NCBI GenBank assembly: GCA_030265395.1
Contig: JARFYF010000046.1
Coordinates: 13,829,070-13,893,069 of the forward strand
Direction: 5' to 3'
DNA length: 64,000 nucleotides
DNA from: Rhina ancylostomus
Lineage: Eukaryota
The number at the start of each line of letters is the position of its first letter. Within the stretch, counting starts at the first letter, position 1. The translations under genes and the position numbers were made by a program. Shown piece after piece: positions 26,501-38,861 of the stretch. A model generated the notes under the pieces. It had not been told where the DNA came from. It ran no database searches and worked only from the letters and a program-made list of their open reading frames with translations.

Positions 26501-28354
26501 AATAGAATAGAAGATGAAGTTGATAAAAACATTTGGTACTTCTGAACCAGCATGATGCCCAATGAGAAACAACATTGTGGTTTCCTGTGCTTGTGCACAC
26601 TGAGCCTCTGCTCTCAGTCAGCGTGCAATGAATGTTTGATGTCTCTGCATTCATGGCTGTATACATGTGTCAGAAACCTGTGATGACAATGAAACTTGAG
26701 ATTCTACATTTGTACTAGTACTAAATCCATGTCCCAACAGGACAATGAAAGCCAGCTTGAGCATCATTTAAAGTGCCCAACCTTACCTAAGCCACTGACT
26801 AAGATTATACAACTGAGGACCATGGAATCTTCAGCAATGGTCCCATTGCTTTTGATGTTGGAGATGAGCCTTCTTCTGAACTGGGAGGCCCTGACAATTC
26901 CAACTATTTCCCGGGTCACCACCTTTCTTGACATGATGCCCATCTCCNNNNNNNNNNTTTTAAAGTTTCCACCATATCAAGGATCCCACTTTTAAGTTCA
27001 CTGCTCATGAGGCTCTGGAAGTGTCACCTGGTTACTACATGTAGCTGACCCGAAGCCCCAGGATTCACAACGCTTGTGTGAATGTCACCTTTTATTTTAT
27101 ATCCATACAGAAATAAGTCTCCTGTGGCCCTTCACAAAATGGCACAGGACTCTCAGCCTCGCACCATTCTCCTGAGCTCTTTCAAATGTGTATTTCCAGA
27201 CCAAATCATTATAGCTTTAACTTTCTGTTTTCTAGGTGAACCAGATATGATTCATGTCCAGTGCTTGTATTCTGGCTTTATGACAAGTTACATGATAATC
27301 ACCACATTCCTGATCCATCACACCATTCTTAAGGCACATCACCATCAAAATGTTTTTCAAAATCGCACCTTCCTACTTGCCTTGGCAACATGTTATTAGA
27401 ATGCTTCAGTTTTATTTGAAAGATTCCTGGAATCACCCCTCGGCTAGAGCTAATGTCAATCTTTAAATGACAGTGTACTCTGATCCTATGAATGTTAAAC
27501 CTAATTTCTCCCTCTCCACCTTTCTGTACCTGCTCAGGTGTGGCTTCCTCCTTTGTAAACCTTCTTGGTACAACAGCAGGTAATATGAAACCACACACAA
27601 AAATACTCAACTGCATCAAAACCCCACCACTAAGAATATCTGTAATGATCAAGAGTCTCTCCAAGAACAGCTGGCAACACAGCTGAGTCTTCAATGTGCC
27701 ACAGACTTCATGGTGGAAAGAATAATGTATGCCACTGAATTATACCTTCTGGGAAAACATAACTCAGGGAAGTAGGAGGTCTTACTTGGTAACAATAAAT
27801 GTTTCCTGCATGTTACTCCTGCTCCCAACCTCTTGATATCTCCAACTGAAGCTCCACACCTTCGCCATAGGCCCGATCTTCTTTTTGCCCTGAGCCTTAA
27901 ACTGCTGCATTGTGATTCCTGTGTTTTTTAATAGTTTTAATGAACTGAATATAGTTTGCTTAAGAAAAAGAGTCTTATCAGTATTTGTTTTCTTAGAAAT
28001 TCTGCAATGATTCTGTGAGTTTATCTACCAAACAACCAAGATAGAAAGATGAGGAAGACTTAACTAATCTTTTTGACCACTATATTGAATAAACAATGAG
28101 GGTTCAGGCTGTTGTAGGTTGGGTACTGTGCTTGGAGAAGGGATTGGTTAATAATCTTGCTGTGCACTGTCCTTTGTGTAAGAGTGTCATGACATGATGG
28201 AATCCTTCACTAAAATGGAAAGTAAAGTAGTTCATTCTGAGACCAGAGTCCTTAATCTAAATAAAGGAAGCCGCAGGATATTGGATTAGTTGATAAATTA
28301 GGGAGGTTCTTGGAAGGTGTGATGGTGGATAAACAATAGCCAACATTGGACATA

Positions 28355-28446
28355 GGAAACATAAGATAAGATATCTTTATTTGTCACATGTACATCGAAA
28401 CATACAGTGAAATGCATCTTTTTGCATAGTGCTCTGGGGGCAGCCA
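28355..28446 (-). mobile_element. 3' fragment of the Rex-tailed SINE
   Basis: ataagataagatatctttatttgtcacatgtacatcgaaacatacagtgaaatgcatcttttt...ctgggggcagcc closely matches 5315-5398. Confidence 0.8.
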
Positions 28447-29829
28447 CATATGCAGGAACTACAACAGTTGGGCGTTCTTTTCTGACGCAAAGACACAAAA
28501 GGAAAAAAACAATCCAACCAGTTATGGAAAAAACTTGAGGACAGTATCAAACTCAAAGAGGATACAAATAAAGTTGCTAAAAAGTAAGCAAGTCTCCAGT
28601 TTGAGAGAGTTTCGAATTCAGCAAAAAAAGACAGAGAGCAAAAATAGAATATGAGAATAAAATTTGCAAGGAACTTAGAAGCAGACTATAAATGTTTCTT
28701 GGGGTATGTAATATTAGTGAAGACAAATGGAGGATCGCTCATTTTCTGAAACTGGAGAATTTATACTGGAGAGAAAGAAATGGCAGAAGAATTCAACAAA
28801 TACTTTGGCTCTGTCCTCACTCATTCCCTTGCAGAAATGCTGGGGAACCAAGACGCTAATGAGAAGAAAGAATTAAAGGAAATAAGTATTAGTTAAAACA
28901 AAATGGAGAAATTTAATAGGACTGCAGGCCAATAGTTTCCCAGAGCTTTAGAATCTGCATCCCAGTGAGCTGAAAGAGGTAGTAAGAGAAATAGTACGTG
29001 TATTAGTTGTCATCATCCAAAACTCTTATCAATGAATGAATAGTTCCTGCAGTTGGAGGGTGTCAAATGTAAACCAAATATTTTTTGAAAAGGAGGGAGA
29101 GCAAAATTCGGGAACTTCTGAGTTTTTAGCCTAACATCAGTAACGGGGAAAATGCAGTCTTTTATCAAGGATTTGATAATAGAACATTCAGAAAATATCA
29201 ACATAGATTAATAAAAGGAAAATCATATTTGATAAACCAACTGGAGTTTCTTTGAGGATGCAATTGGAAAATTGGATAAGGGAGCACTAGAGGATGTGAT
29301 ATCTTTGGATTTTCAGAAGGCCCTTTACAAAGTCCCATCAGAGAGGTTAGTGTACAAAGTTAAAGCATGTGGAAATTAGGGATAGCAGACTGGCTTGGGG
29401 TGGAAATTGGTTGCCAGACAGGAAAAGTGAACAGGAATAAATGTTTTTTTTATTTGGAGTGGGCAGGCAGTAACTAGTAGGATACTGCACAGATCTGTGC
29501 TTGGGCCCCATTATTTTCAATATTTCTCAATGATTTGAATGAAGGAACTGAATGCAATATTTCTATGTTTTCCAATGACAAAACTGGGTGGGATTGTGAG
29601 TTGTAAAGAGGATGCAAAGAGGCTGGAAAGCAATTTACACATTTAAAGAGTAGGTAAGATGTGACATGTGCTGTATAGCATGGATGAATGTGAAGTTATC
29701 CACTTTGGTAAGAAAACAGAAAGGCAGACTCTTACTTAAGTGGTGATGGATTGGGAAATGTTAATGTACAAAGGGATCTTTTTGTTCTTGTATGCTAGAA
29801 ACTGAAAGCAAATGTTCACGTGCAGCAAA

Positions 29830-30200
29830 TGAAAGTAAAAAAAAATGAAGATGCTGGAAATATGGAAAAAATAAAGAAAATGCTGGAAAAACTCAGCAAT
29901 TCAGGCAGTATCTCTGGAAAGAGATACAGTTAACATTTCAGGACTTGGGACCCTTTAGACAATAAACTTAACTGCCTGTTAACTGCCATCTTACCTTACC
30001 CTATCAGAGAAACTCCCTTTGTTCCCTATTCCCCCCACCCCAACCCTCCCACCCACCCCACCTTCTGTGCTACCTGGGATAACTTGTTTCTCTCTTTCTC
30101 ATGAAGTTCTGATGAAGGGTCCTAGACCAGAAATGTTAACTGTTTCTCTTTCCATGGATGCTTTCTGATCTGCTGACTCTTTCTAGCATTTTCAGTTTTT
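29830..30200. mobile_element. Penelope-like fold-back element with internal spacer, inserted in CR1
   Basis: Arms aaaatgctggaaaaactcagc...cagttaacatttcagg and gaaatgttaactg...tgctgactctttctagcatttt. Hammerhead-like ctgatgaagggtcctagaccagaaatgtt at 30109-30137. Confidence 0.75.
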
Positions 30201-31184
30201 AATGCAGGTCCAGCAGGCAGTTAGGGAGACAAACAACATGTGTCGGTCTTCATTGCAAGATGCTTCAAGTGCAGGAGCAAGAAGGTCTTTCTTCAATTCT
30301 ACAGGGCCTTGGTGAGATACACCTGAAGTAAAGCAGTCTTAGCCTCCTTGCCATAGAGGGAATGTGACAAAGGTCCATTATATTGATATCTAGGGTGGCA
30401 AGATTGTTACACAAGGAGAGATTGGGGCAACTAGACTTGTATTCATTAGAGTTTAGAAGAGAGAAGATCTAACTGAAGCATACAGAAGTTTGACAGGGCT
30501 CGACAGACTGGATGAAAGAAGGATGTTTCCTCTGGCTGTTGGGGGGATGTAGAAAAAGGGGTTACAGTCTCAGTGTACTGGGTAAGCCATGTAAGTCTGT
30601 GATGAGAAATTTCCTCACTCAAATGGTGGTGAACCTGTGAAATTCTGAACCACAGAAGAGTTTGGAAGACACTTACGAAGGAGATTTCCAGACACACAAG
30701 ACATCGAGGAGGAGGGGGAATGAGCAGGAATATGGAGTTGGGATAAAGGATCAGCCATGATCATATTGAATGGTGCAGCAGGCTTGAGGGACTGAATGGC
30801 CAACTCCTGCTCCTATTTCTCTATGTTTCTTGATTTAATTGGCCTCAGATAGGGTGGCATTTTGCCTTTGCAGAAGAGGATCAGTCAGATGACATTGTAT
30901 GGTCATCAGACAATGACAGTNNNNNNNNNNNNNNNNNNNNNNNNNNNNNNNNNNNNNNNNNNNNNNNNNNNNNNNGAAACTAGCCCGCTTATGCTCATTG
31001 TCAAAGGTCACAATTGGCTGTTTGTGTGTGGGATGGACCAGTGTCTGTTACTTATGAAGCCATACACCAGTGAGGGACTAACGTCTTCAAACTTAGATCT
31101 AGAAGATAATTATTTTATCATATTTAGGATTAGTGAATCTCACAGGGCAGAAGACAGCTATTCACCCCATGAGCCCATGCTGTA

Positions 31185-31270
31185 AAAGTGCAATTGGCTT
31201 CACCATCTTTCTCAAGGTCACCATGGATGGGCAATAAATGTTGGCCTGACCAGCACTGGTAAAATCCCCC
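31185..31270 (+). mobile_element. LINE/SINE 3' end fragment
   Basis: caccatctttctcaagg...gatgggcaataaatgttggcct; same family as 6150-6335. Confidence 0.5.
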
Positions 31271-32267
31271 CCCAAAAAAAGAACAAATTGGGAAAAAAAA
31301 TCGTAATTCTAGGTCATGAGTTCCAAATCATAACAATGCTCCTACCTTTCTTTAACCAATTCCGATGGCCCGGATATTCTCAAGAACAAGAAGCTGTATG
31401 AAGTCGCTGAAGTCTTGCCCTCAAAGTCTGTTCTTACCTGCAGTAAGTCTTCAGGCAGTCTCCTCCTGGGAAACTGGCTTCAATTGATCAGTGAAGCCTA
31501 TGAAACTACAAGACACAACACCCAAAATTGCTTTGAGATCTGGTTAAGCCCTGCCCTCTGGCTTCCTGGCTGTCAAAGCTATCAAAGTGATTGAAGGCTG
31601 GGAAGAGCCTTCACATTCACAATATTCAACTCTGATAAAACTTTTGAACTTATTAAAAATGTGAATAGAAGCAGTAGGAAGTAATTAAATATTTAAATAA
31701 ATTTAAGTCAATTCATTTAACAAACACACATATAATTTTGCACCTACAGTTCTCCCTTTAGACCTATCATTCAATTGAAATGATAGGATTGATAGGTGCA
31801 GATTTCCCAGTCCATTTTATATCATTGTTAACCTCTTTCCCTCTCAAGCCCCTTTGAATGCTGCCTAGGGTGTGGGATCATGGACTCAAAGCAACCCACC
31901 ATCCCCTTAGCCGAGTGTCTAAGTATTGATAGGACAGCCAAAGCAGGGAGGAACACAGCCACTCCTGCTACTCTCATGGTCGGCCTGTCCCCTTGCACAT
32001 TCAACCAGGGATAACAAGCCAGCAAATAGGAATGGGGTAATTGACTGCTTTTTCCTCTCTGAACTGAGCATTAGGGTTTGTGCTTCAAATTGGTGAGGTT
32101 TCATGTTGGTGGCACCACAGTGAGACAAAGGCATTTTCGTAGCTGAATTTTAAATTTGCAGGATGTTCACTTACTCTGCCTTTAATATTTCATTTTCCTG
32201 TCCACTAGAATGCTTCTCTTCATCAATCTTCAGCATTTCCTAGTATATTCACAGCTAGCAGAGTTAA

Positions 32268-34604
32268 AGCAGTAGAAACACTTCACAAAATTCGGCTGAT
32301 GTTAAATTAATGGTAAACGGGGGGCAAAGGTAAAGGACATTCACTCAAACAAGTTCAAAGTAACTTCAAATTGAAATTTTGCAAGATTTGTGTATATGTA
32401 AGTTAGGGTTGCTGTCTATTACTAGTTATCTCAGGTTTGTCTGGGATACACAGAGGAGGCTTAAAAAAAGGTTCTTTTCTGTTTTTTTTAACCATCTTCA
32501 TAATATAAGCAAAGGAATATGTAGATAAAAGGAAATTGTACTTGTGTTAGTTTTGAATTTACTTGAACTCAGGAGTAATTCTTGACTTGTTTGACTTTAA
32601 GGAAGAATTACGAGGTGTAAGTATTTATTTTGGGAGTTGACTTCGAACACACTGAACTTTCAGTAACAGCACTGGGAAGCTGCAGAGCAGCTCACAGTGA
32701 ATGTCAAAACAAACCTGTGAAAGAAATTATGTTGAAGTTAAAATGCAATGTGTTTCCACAAAGGAAATTTATTAAAAATAAAATTGTTTTGAATAACAAC
32801 TCAAATGGAACCTCCTGGAGGTGCTCCTGCATTTAATAAACATGTTGACACTCTAGCTTCCCTCATTAAGTGATTGCAACCCCATGTTCCCATAAATCAT
32901 GGCCCAGGTTATCAGCACCTCTGATCTTAACTGTACTGGGGCGCCCAACTGTCTACAATAAAGAACTTGAAACAGCAGGCTATAAAGGATTAACTGACTG
33001 CCACAATTTATTTTTCGTAAAAGATGCCAAGCTCTTGCTTCAAACTGCAATTAAAGGTCTCATAAGGTGAGCAAACAGTTCACCTTCTTCGAGATTAAAA
33101 TGATTTAATGATTGCGAAGGGAATTTGGAACATTTTGGAGCTTAAATGTTTTGCACACGTAGTTAAAAATGTTACTAACAACTGATTTTTTTTAAAACAA
33201 GAGATGCCGACCTGGTCTACAGATCAAAGAACAGCAGCACATTGAATAACCTGACAGCAGACACGCCTCTGAAGAAAATAAAAAAATATGCACTGGCTCC
33301 ATGGAAACACGACTGTACTATGCTTAAAGCCTTAGTACTTAAAAAAAAGAACAAACAATATATTACAACGACATAGAACTTGAGTTTCCAAATGGGAATG
33401 ACTTCCTGCTTTGAACTGCTAGCAATATATGGCTGAAGTTTTGGATAGTCTCATGAATCACAGTCTTAATTAAATATTCAAAATATATTTCATATGAATG
33501 CTTATGAACCACGGAAGTTTTTAACTAATTAATCAGACAATGATAATTGCTTTCAAAATTAAGGAATTACAGTTTTCCCCTCATTTCTGATTCTAAATGC
33601 AAAGCATTATAATCTTTAAAGGCCATATGCTTAAGGAATGGGTGCTAATTTGCACAAAAAAAATACTGCTCTATTGCAAAACTGACACATTGACTCATTC
33701 ACACATTGACATAAACGTTTGTTTTAAGATGAGTGTGTTCCGCATCAGACAAAGGGANNNNNNNNNNNNNNNNNNNNNNNNNNNNNNNNNNNNNACTGAT
33801 CAGTAAGTTCTTAAGTGTGATAAGCATGGTACCTGGTTTTGGAGGGAATCAGAAAGTAGTGGTAAACATGTGTCCTTTTTCTGCTTTGAATTTTAGTTCA
33901 TTATTATACAACCAATGCATATTTCAGTGGACGTGAATATCTTAGAAGCCAAAGAGCCTCCATAGTAGCTAAGATTGGTTGCTAAGCTGAAATGCTAGTT
34001 CACTTTAGTATAGGAGGTGTGAATAGTGCTAGGAATGGCTCCCTGAGAGGTTGTTAAAAGGCCACATAAATTGTCTCTGAGTGAGCAATGAGGATATTAC
34101 CTGGGATTTTGGTGGATAATGCTTGACCTAATGCCCCCCCTTCATAGTGACCATCTGATTGCAACTAAACATGACGTTGCAGAGGTAATTAAGTGACACT
34201 TAAATCAACTTTTACTGTTCACTTGTTGATGGAGGTTTACTGCAACAGGAGATTCGCTTGTACAATTTGTTGAGTCATCACCAATTCTCTATTTTGGAAA
34301 CTCTCTGAGGACCTCAGCTCAGAAAAACTGCTTTGTTAGCCTACATTATAGGATGTAGAATAGGAGGTACCAAGAGTGAATGCTTGAACATCAACATCTC
34401 CCTTTTTACAGGAGGAATGGGAAGAGGACTAAATCCAGCCAAAGCCACCCAGAATACTGTAGGAGAACAGGAGAGGTGGGACTCCTGCAGATGGTAGACA
34501 TCTCTCCTCCACTGCAGCTGTCCAACCAATCCTTCCTTTACCTTTGCCCTCCATCTACCATTAATTTAACATCAAGCAGAATTTTGTGAAGTGTTTCTAC
34601 TGCT
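32268..34604. mobile_element. Putative non-autonomous TIR DNA transposon (Kolobok-like), TTAA target-site duplication
   Basis: Inverted repeats at 32268-32337 and 34534-34604 differ at 5 positions in a 71-column alignment. They are flanked by TTAA at 32264-32267 and 34605-34608, and complementarity stops outside TTAA. Termini are AG...CT. No transposase ORF was recognised. Confidence 0.6.
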
Positions 34605-35574
34605 TTAAATGACCTGTGCCCAAGAATTTCTGCATCCTCTCAGTTTAGTCCATATGTGATCTTAAAATGTGCTTCCTTTGGCCTGACAGATCGTGCCACC
34701 CCTACAGTGGAAATAAAAAGGTTGATTACCACAAGCAGAGCTCCACAAAAATTGTGTTTAATCTGCATTTGAATGCTGAATTTGGAGTGGTTAGTTTTAG
34801 TATTTGCAGGCATTAAATTAGGACAATCATCATAACAAGTCTAGTTTTAGTGCACAAGCCTCATTTATCACAGCCCCCAATTTAGCAACAGTCTTTACCC
34901 TTTCACCAAAATATCTCCCCTTGTGTCTTTTTATCATCATAATAAGGAGATACCTGAGGCTCTGATGGGCAATGTAATGATTCCATGTATATTGGGCAAT
35001 TCATGATTGTACCCACATTCACTTATCTCAGTAAAGTATGGGTTTAAAATAGAAAACATTTCCTGACAAATTTAAGTACCATTCTGAATGAGCACACTGA
35101 TCATTCAATCTCCAGATTAATGTGGATGAAGGGAAAAAGTCTCAGATTCAAAAACAATAAGGAGACATCCCTTACCTTTCAGTTCCCACATGTGCAATGG
35201 TTGTATTGAAAAACCACACATCCCAAGAATGCACTTGATTCTTGAAGTAACAACTTTTTTGTAAGAAATTGAAAGTTACAATAGACAATGCAGTAATTCA
35301 TATAATCCCATTTATGACCTTAAGGGTATTCCTCTTTATAGCCAGTGGAGTAATTTTTAGTGCTGGTCAATATTTNNNNNNNNNNNNNNNNNNNNNNNNN
35401 NNNNNNNNNNNNNNNNNNNNNNNNNNNNNNNNNNNNNNNNNNNNNNNNNNNNNNNNNNNNNNNNNNNNNNNNNNNGGAGTAATTTTTAGTGCTGGTCAAT
35501 ATTTTATTGTAGGAACCAGGGGAACCGATTTGAACAGACCATACCTCACAAATAGTAGTATGGTGGCAACCATA

Positions 35575-35860
35575 TAATCTGCTTCTGTCATGTTGATTGA
35601 GGAAGAAATATTGGTCACAACACAGGAGTTAGCTCCATTGTTCTTCAAAAAAAAGTGATGAGATCTGTGGCAACTACCTGAGAGTGTGATGAGGCTTCAG
35701 ATTCACATTTCATCAAGAAGGTGACTCCTCTGATGTCACAGAACCCCCTTAGTATTGGACAGAATGTCAGAGCAGGTTTTTGTGCTCGAGTCTATGAAGG
35801 GAGCCTTTAACCCAGAACTTTCTAACTCAAAAGCAGGAGTGCTATCAACCAAGAAATGGT
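35575..35860 (-). mobile_element. Deu-domain SINE (SacSINE1/AmnSINE1-like)
   Basis: atgttgattgaggaagaaatattggtcacaacacagg...ctacctgagag...tgtgctcgagtct...cccagaactttctaactca resembles the reverse-complemented DeuSINE head and Deu domain. Confidence 0.7.
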
Positions 35861-38800
35861 TGACCTCAGTTAAATGGTCACATTTAAAAAGCTTTTTTCT
35901 TTTAGCTTTTCAAATGCCATTTTAATCCTGTTTTGGAGGCTGGGAAAATAGTGACATTTTATCAGAAACTGTTTGAATAATTTGATTATATCATCTAGAA
36001 ACTGTGATTGTGAAACGTTTACATGGGCAATGTTTACATCTTTCAAAACAATTCTCTTGCAATAAATCTTTATACAGTTATTTTTAATCTTAAAATGCAT
36101 GAGTCAACGGAGGGAAGGTTTGTGCACAGGATGTGGACACAATATGAAAGATTACTCACATAATACTGATTTATAGATGGAATGCAGTTAGTCACTTTTA
36201 ATTTGGTTATTGCAACATTAGGTCCAGCTGGTATTTGCAAACATCACCAGGAAATTGCCATTCTAGGGGACTTATCCAGAGACAAGCAGTTCTCCTTATC
36301 TAAATGTATTTCCATAATAAAACAAATCCACTTAATACAGGCTGCCTGCCTTGTCTTCAAAATAGTCTCAATAAAAGTAAGGGGGACTTGAAACTCTGAA
36401 AATTGTATCTGTGTCTGGCTTTGGCTGGAGTGAAGAAAAAAGGCATTGCTTTTCTGAACGGTTTGTTTTTGATGTAAGCTTCTGCAGTGTCATAGAGAAG
36501 ACTATTTTACTCACCTCTCTGTTACTATTTCTACAGACTTTTAAATCAGATGGGGTGTAAAACAAGCTGATGGTTCATATCACCCATTTTGTACTGCCTT
36601 CAGTGTCAAATTTTACTTTTAAGAAGGATGGAAAGAATTGCTTAACATACCTGCTGCAGTTTTTTTCTTGGCTTATTGAGTGAGAGGGAGGCGGCTCAAG
36701 ATTCTACAGAAACTCATTGACTATCATGGAAGATTTAAATTATGGTGTAGCTGGTTAAAGTGCTGCACAGTTAAAGGCTTTTGTATCCCGAGATGTTTCA
36801 GTTAAAATTTCTGATATAAACTAATGTTTGAAATATTTTGGTTTCTGTTTTTTTGCTATCTCTTAATAAATCTGATTTGTTTTTAGTACCCAAGGTGTGT
36901 GGTCTGATAGAACATTTATTCTTCAGCATTCTGTGTACCAGAGGAGTTTGTATCAATTCCAGCCTGTAAAAACATGGCAATAAAAAGTTCTATTTAATCT
37001 TTGCTGAAAGTGTAACATCGCAACCTGGTTTGCAGGGTTTTTGGAACTGTTTTTGGTGCTGGGCATCAGCTGAATACCTGGGAAAGTCCAAAATTCAAAA
37101 CAGGCCCTTGCTATGCTTCCTCTACTCCTGGTTTGGTATCCCATGCAGATTTAACTAATTGGCATTTAGTATTAGAATCCAAGTCATCAAGTTAAATGAG
37201 AAATAGTCAGTGTTCCAACAGCAACTCCTCTTGAAATTCCTTATTCCTTGATATCCCATTATGCCCAACTTCATTCAAGGATGTACTGACTGATTCCCAA
37301 CGGGTAAGTCTGTTTTTTTATTATTCTGAAGTTGAATTTTCATTGTTAAGTTTTCATGTGACTTTATCAGGTGTTTTTGTAGTTTAGATGCATTACATCA
37401 CTTGTGTTTTCCACAGTCCAGATCAAAGAGGTTGCTTGTGCAAGATCGTCTCCTGAATCTCTGTTGATCATTAGTTAATCCTGTAGGTTATCAGAAAGTT
37501 AATTTGTTATGTGAAATTGAAGTGACATTGATGAACAATATTGAAACCATATAGGCCAATGCACAGGGAATATGGATTTAAAGTGAATAGCTAACTCCAT
37601 TTTCAGAGCATATTGGAATTTCTTTTTGCTATATGAAGGAAATAATAGATATATTCTTTATGATTTTTTTAAAATCTTCATTTTTCAAGCTGAGGTCATG
37701 AATCAATATGGAATGCAAACTGTGTCCATTGGAGGTAGAGACCAGGGTGGGAGAGGGGATTGTTGTACAGTTGATATTTGGGTGTCATTACTGAGGGCGT
37801 GTACCAATGTCAGCTGATTCTCTTCATCTCTGTACATTTGGTTCCATTCTCCTCAGTGGTATGGAATGTGTGATGGTGAGGACAGTAACAAAGGTGATCC
37901 AAGGGGGAATTTGAATTCTGGTCTTTGGAACACTTGTGGGGGGGAAAAATTATGATTTGCAAAGGTCTGGATGGCTTTGATATCTGTCACCACAGCTAGG
38001 TTGAACTGGTTTTGTAGTAATGCAAGTGGTGATGTGTTCTAGGACACAGCAATTTGAGATTTCGCCCAGATATCCATTTGTGGGTCTGACAGTTGTGACC
38101 ATGGTGAAGGGAAACAATTGATTTGATATAGCGGGTGATGGAAGTATATATAGATCAGTAACACTAACCTATAACTTTCTAAACAATCTCTGCAAATATC
38201 AAATTAAATCCTTGTTATAGGTTTTTAGGCATGGATATGTATCTCTCTTTCTGTCTTAAACCAACAGCCATCATTGAATAGGATGTTAATCGAACCCTTT
38301 CTCTTGGCTGAGATGCTTTCAATAGTATATATTTGTGGAGAGATAAAATATTTCAAATTAGGGAAAGGAAGGACAGAGAATGTCTGTTTCTTTGATTTTC
38401 TCCATCTCTTGTCATTTCTGTTTAGCTTGATGGGCACTCTGAAGTAAAACATAGAGAGCATTTAAAATGTAAATTTAAAATCAACTTAAATTCATCAACA
38501 TCTTTGTACGCAAACAATTTTCAAATTTTATAAACTGATCAAATATTATAAAGAGACACAATTTTGCTTTCCCATTTGAGAGAATGAACTAATAAAATTG
38601 GTAATTTTCATTTAACCCATTCACGAGGAGCAAAGAGATAAAAGATCAGCTGGATTTTCTCATTTTTATCATGGTATTATAAAAAAACATTTCTTTTCTT
38701 CAGCAAATGACCATTTTGAGTTTTATAGATAAAATCACTGTAAAGCATTTAAACCTTGTTTTTCTTAAAGTTACTTAAATTGTAAACAGAAGCGAAAACG

Positions 38801-38861
38801 AAGTATTTCAGCATTGCAGTTCAGTAGTACTGATGCATCCAGTGAATTTAGTGGCACAACC

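Larger units (their letters stand above)
28200..30832 (+). mobile_element. Long decayed CR1 LINE (~2.2 kb of ORF2 plus 3' UTR) with nested insertions
   Basis: Motifs include ttggattttcagaaggcc..caaagtccca (LDFQKA..KVP), tctgtgcttgggccc (SVLGP) and tgtgaagttatccactttgg (CEVIHFG). The 3' UTR ends ggcttgagggactgaatggccaactcctgctcctatttctctatgttt. Confidence 0.9.

Noticed and set aside
35347-35504. 29-bp direct repeat ggagtaatttttagtgctggtcaatattt flanking a 100-N gap
   Set aside because: Gap-flank overlap artefact; not a TSD or CRISPR-like repeat.
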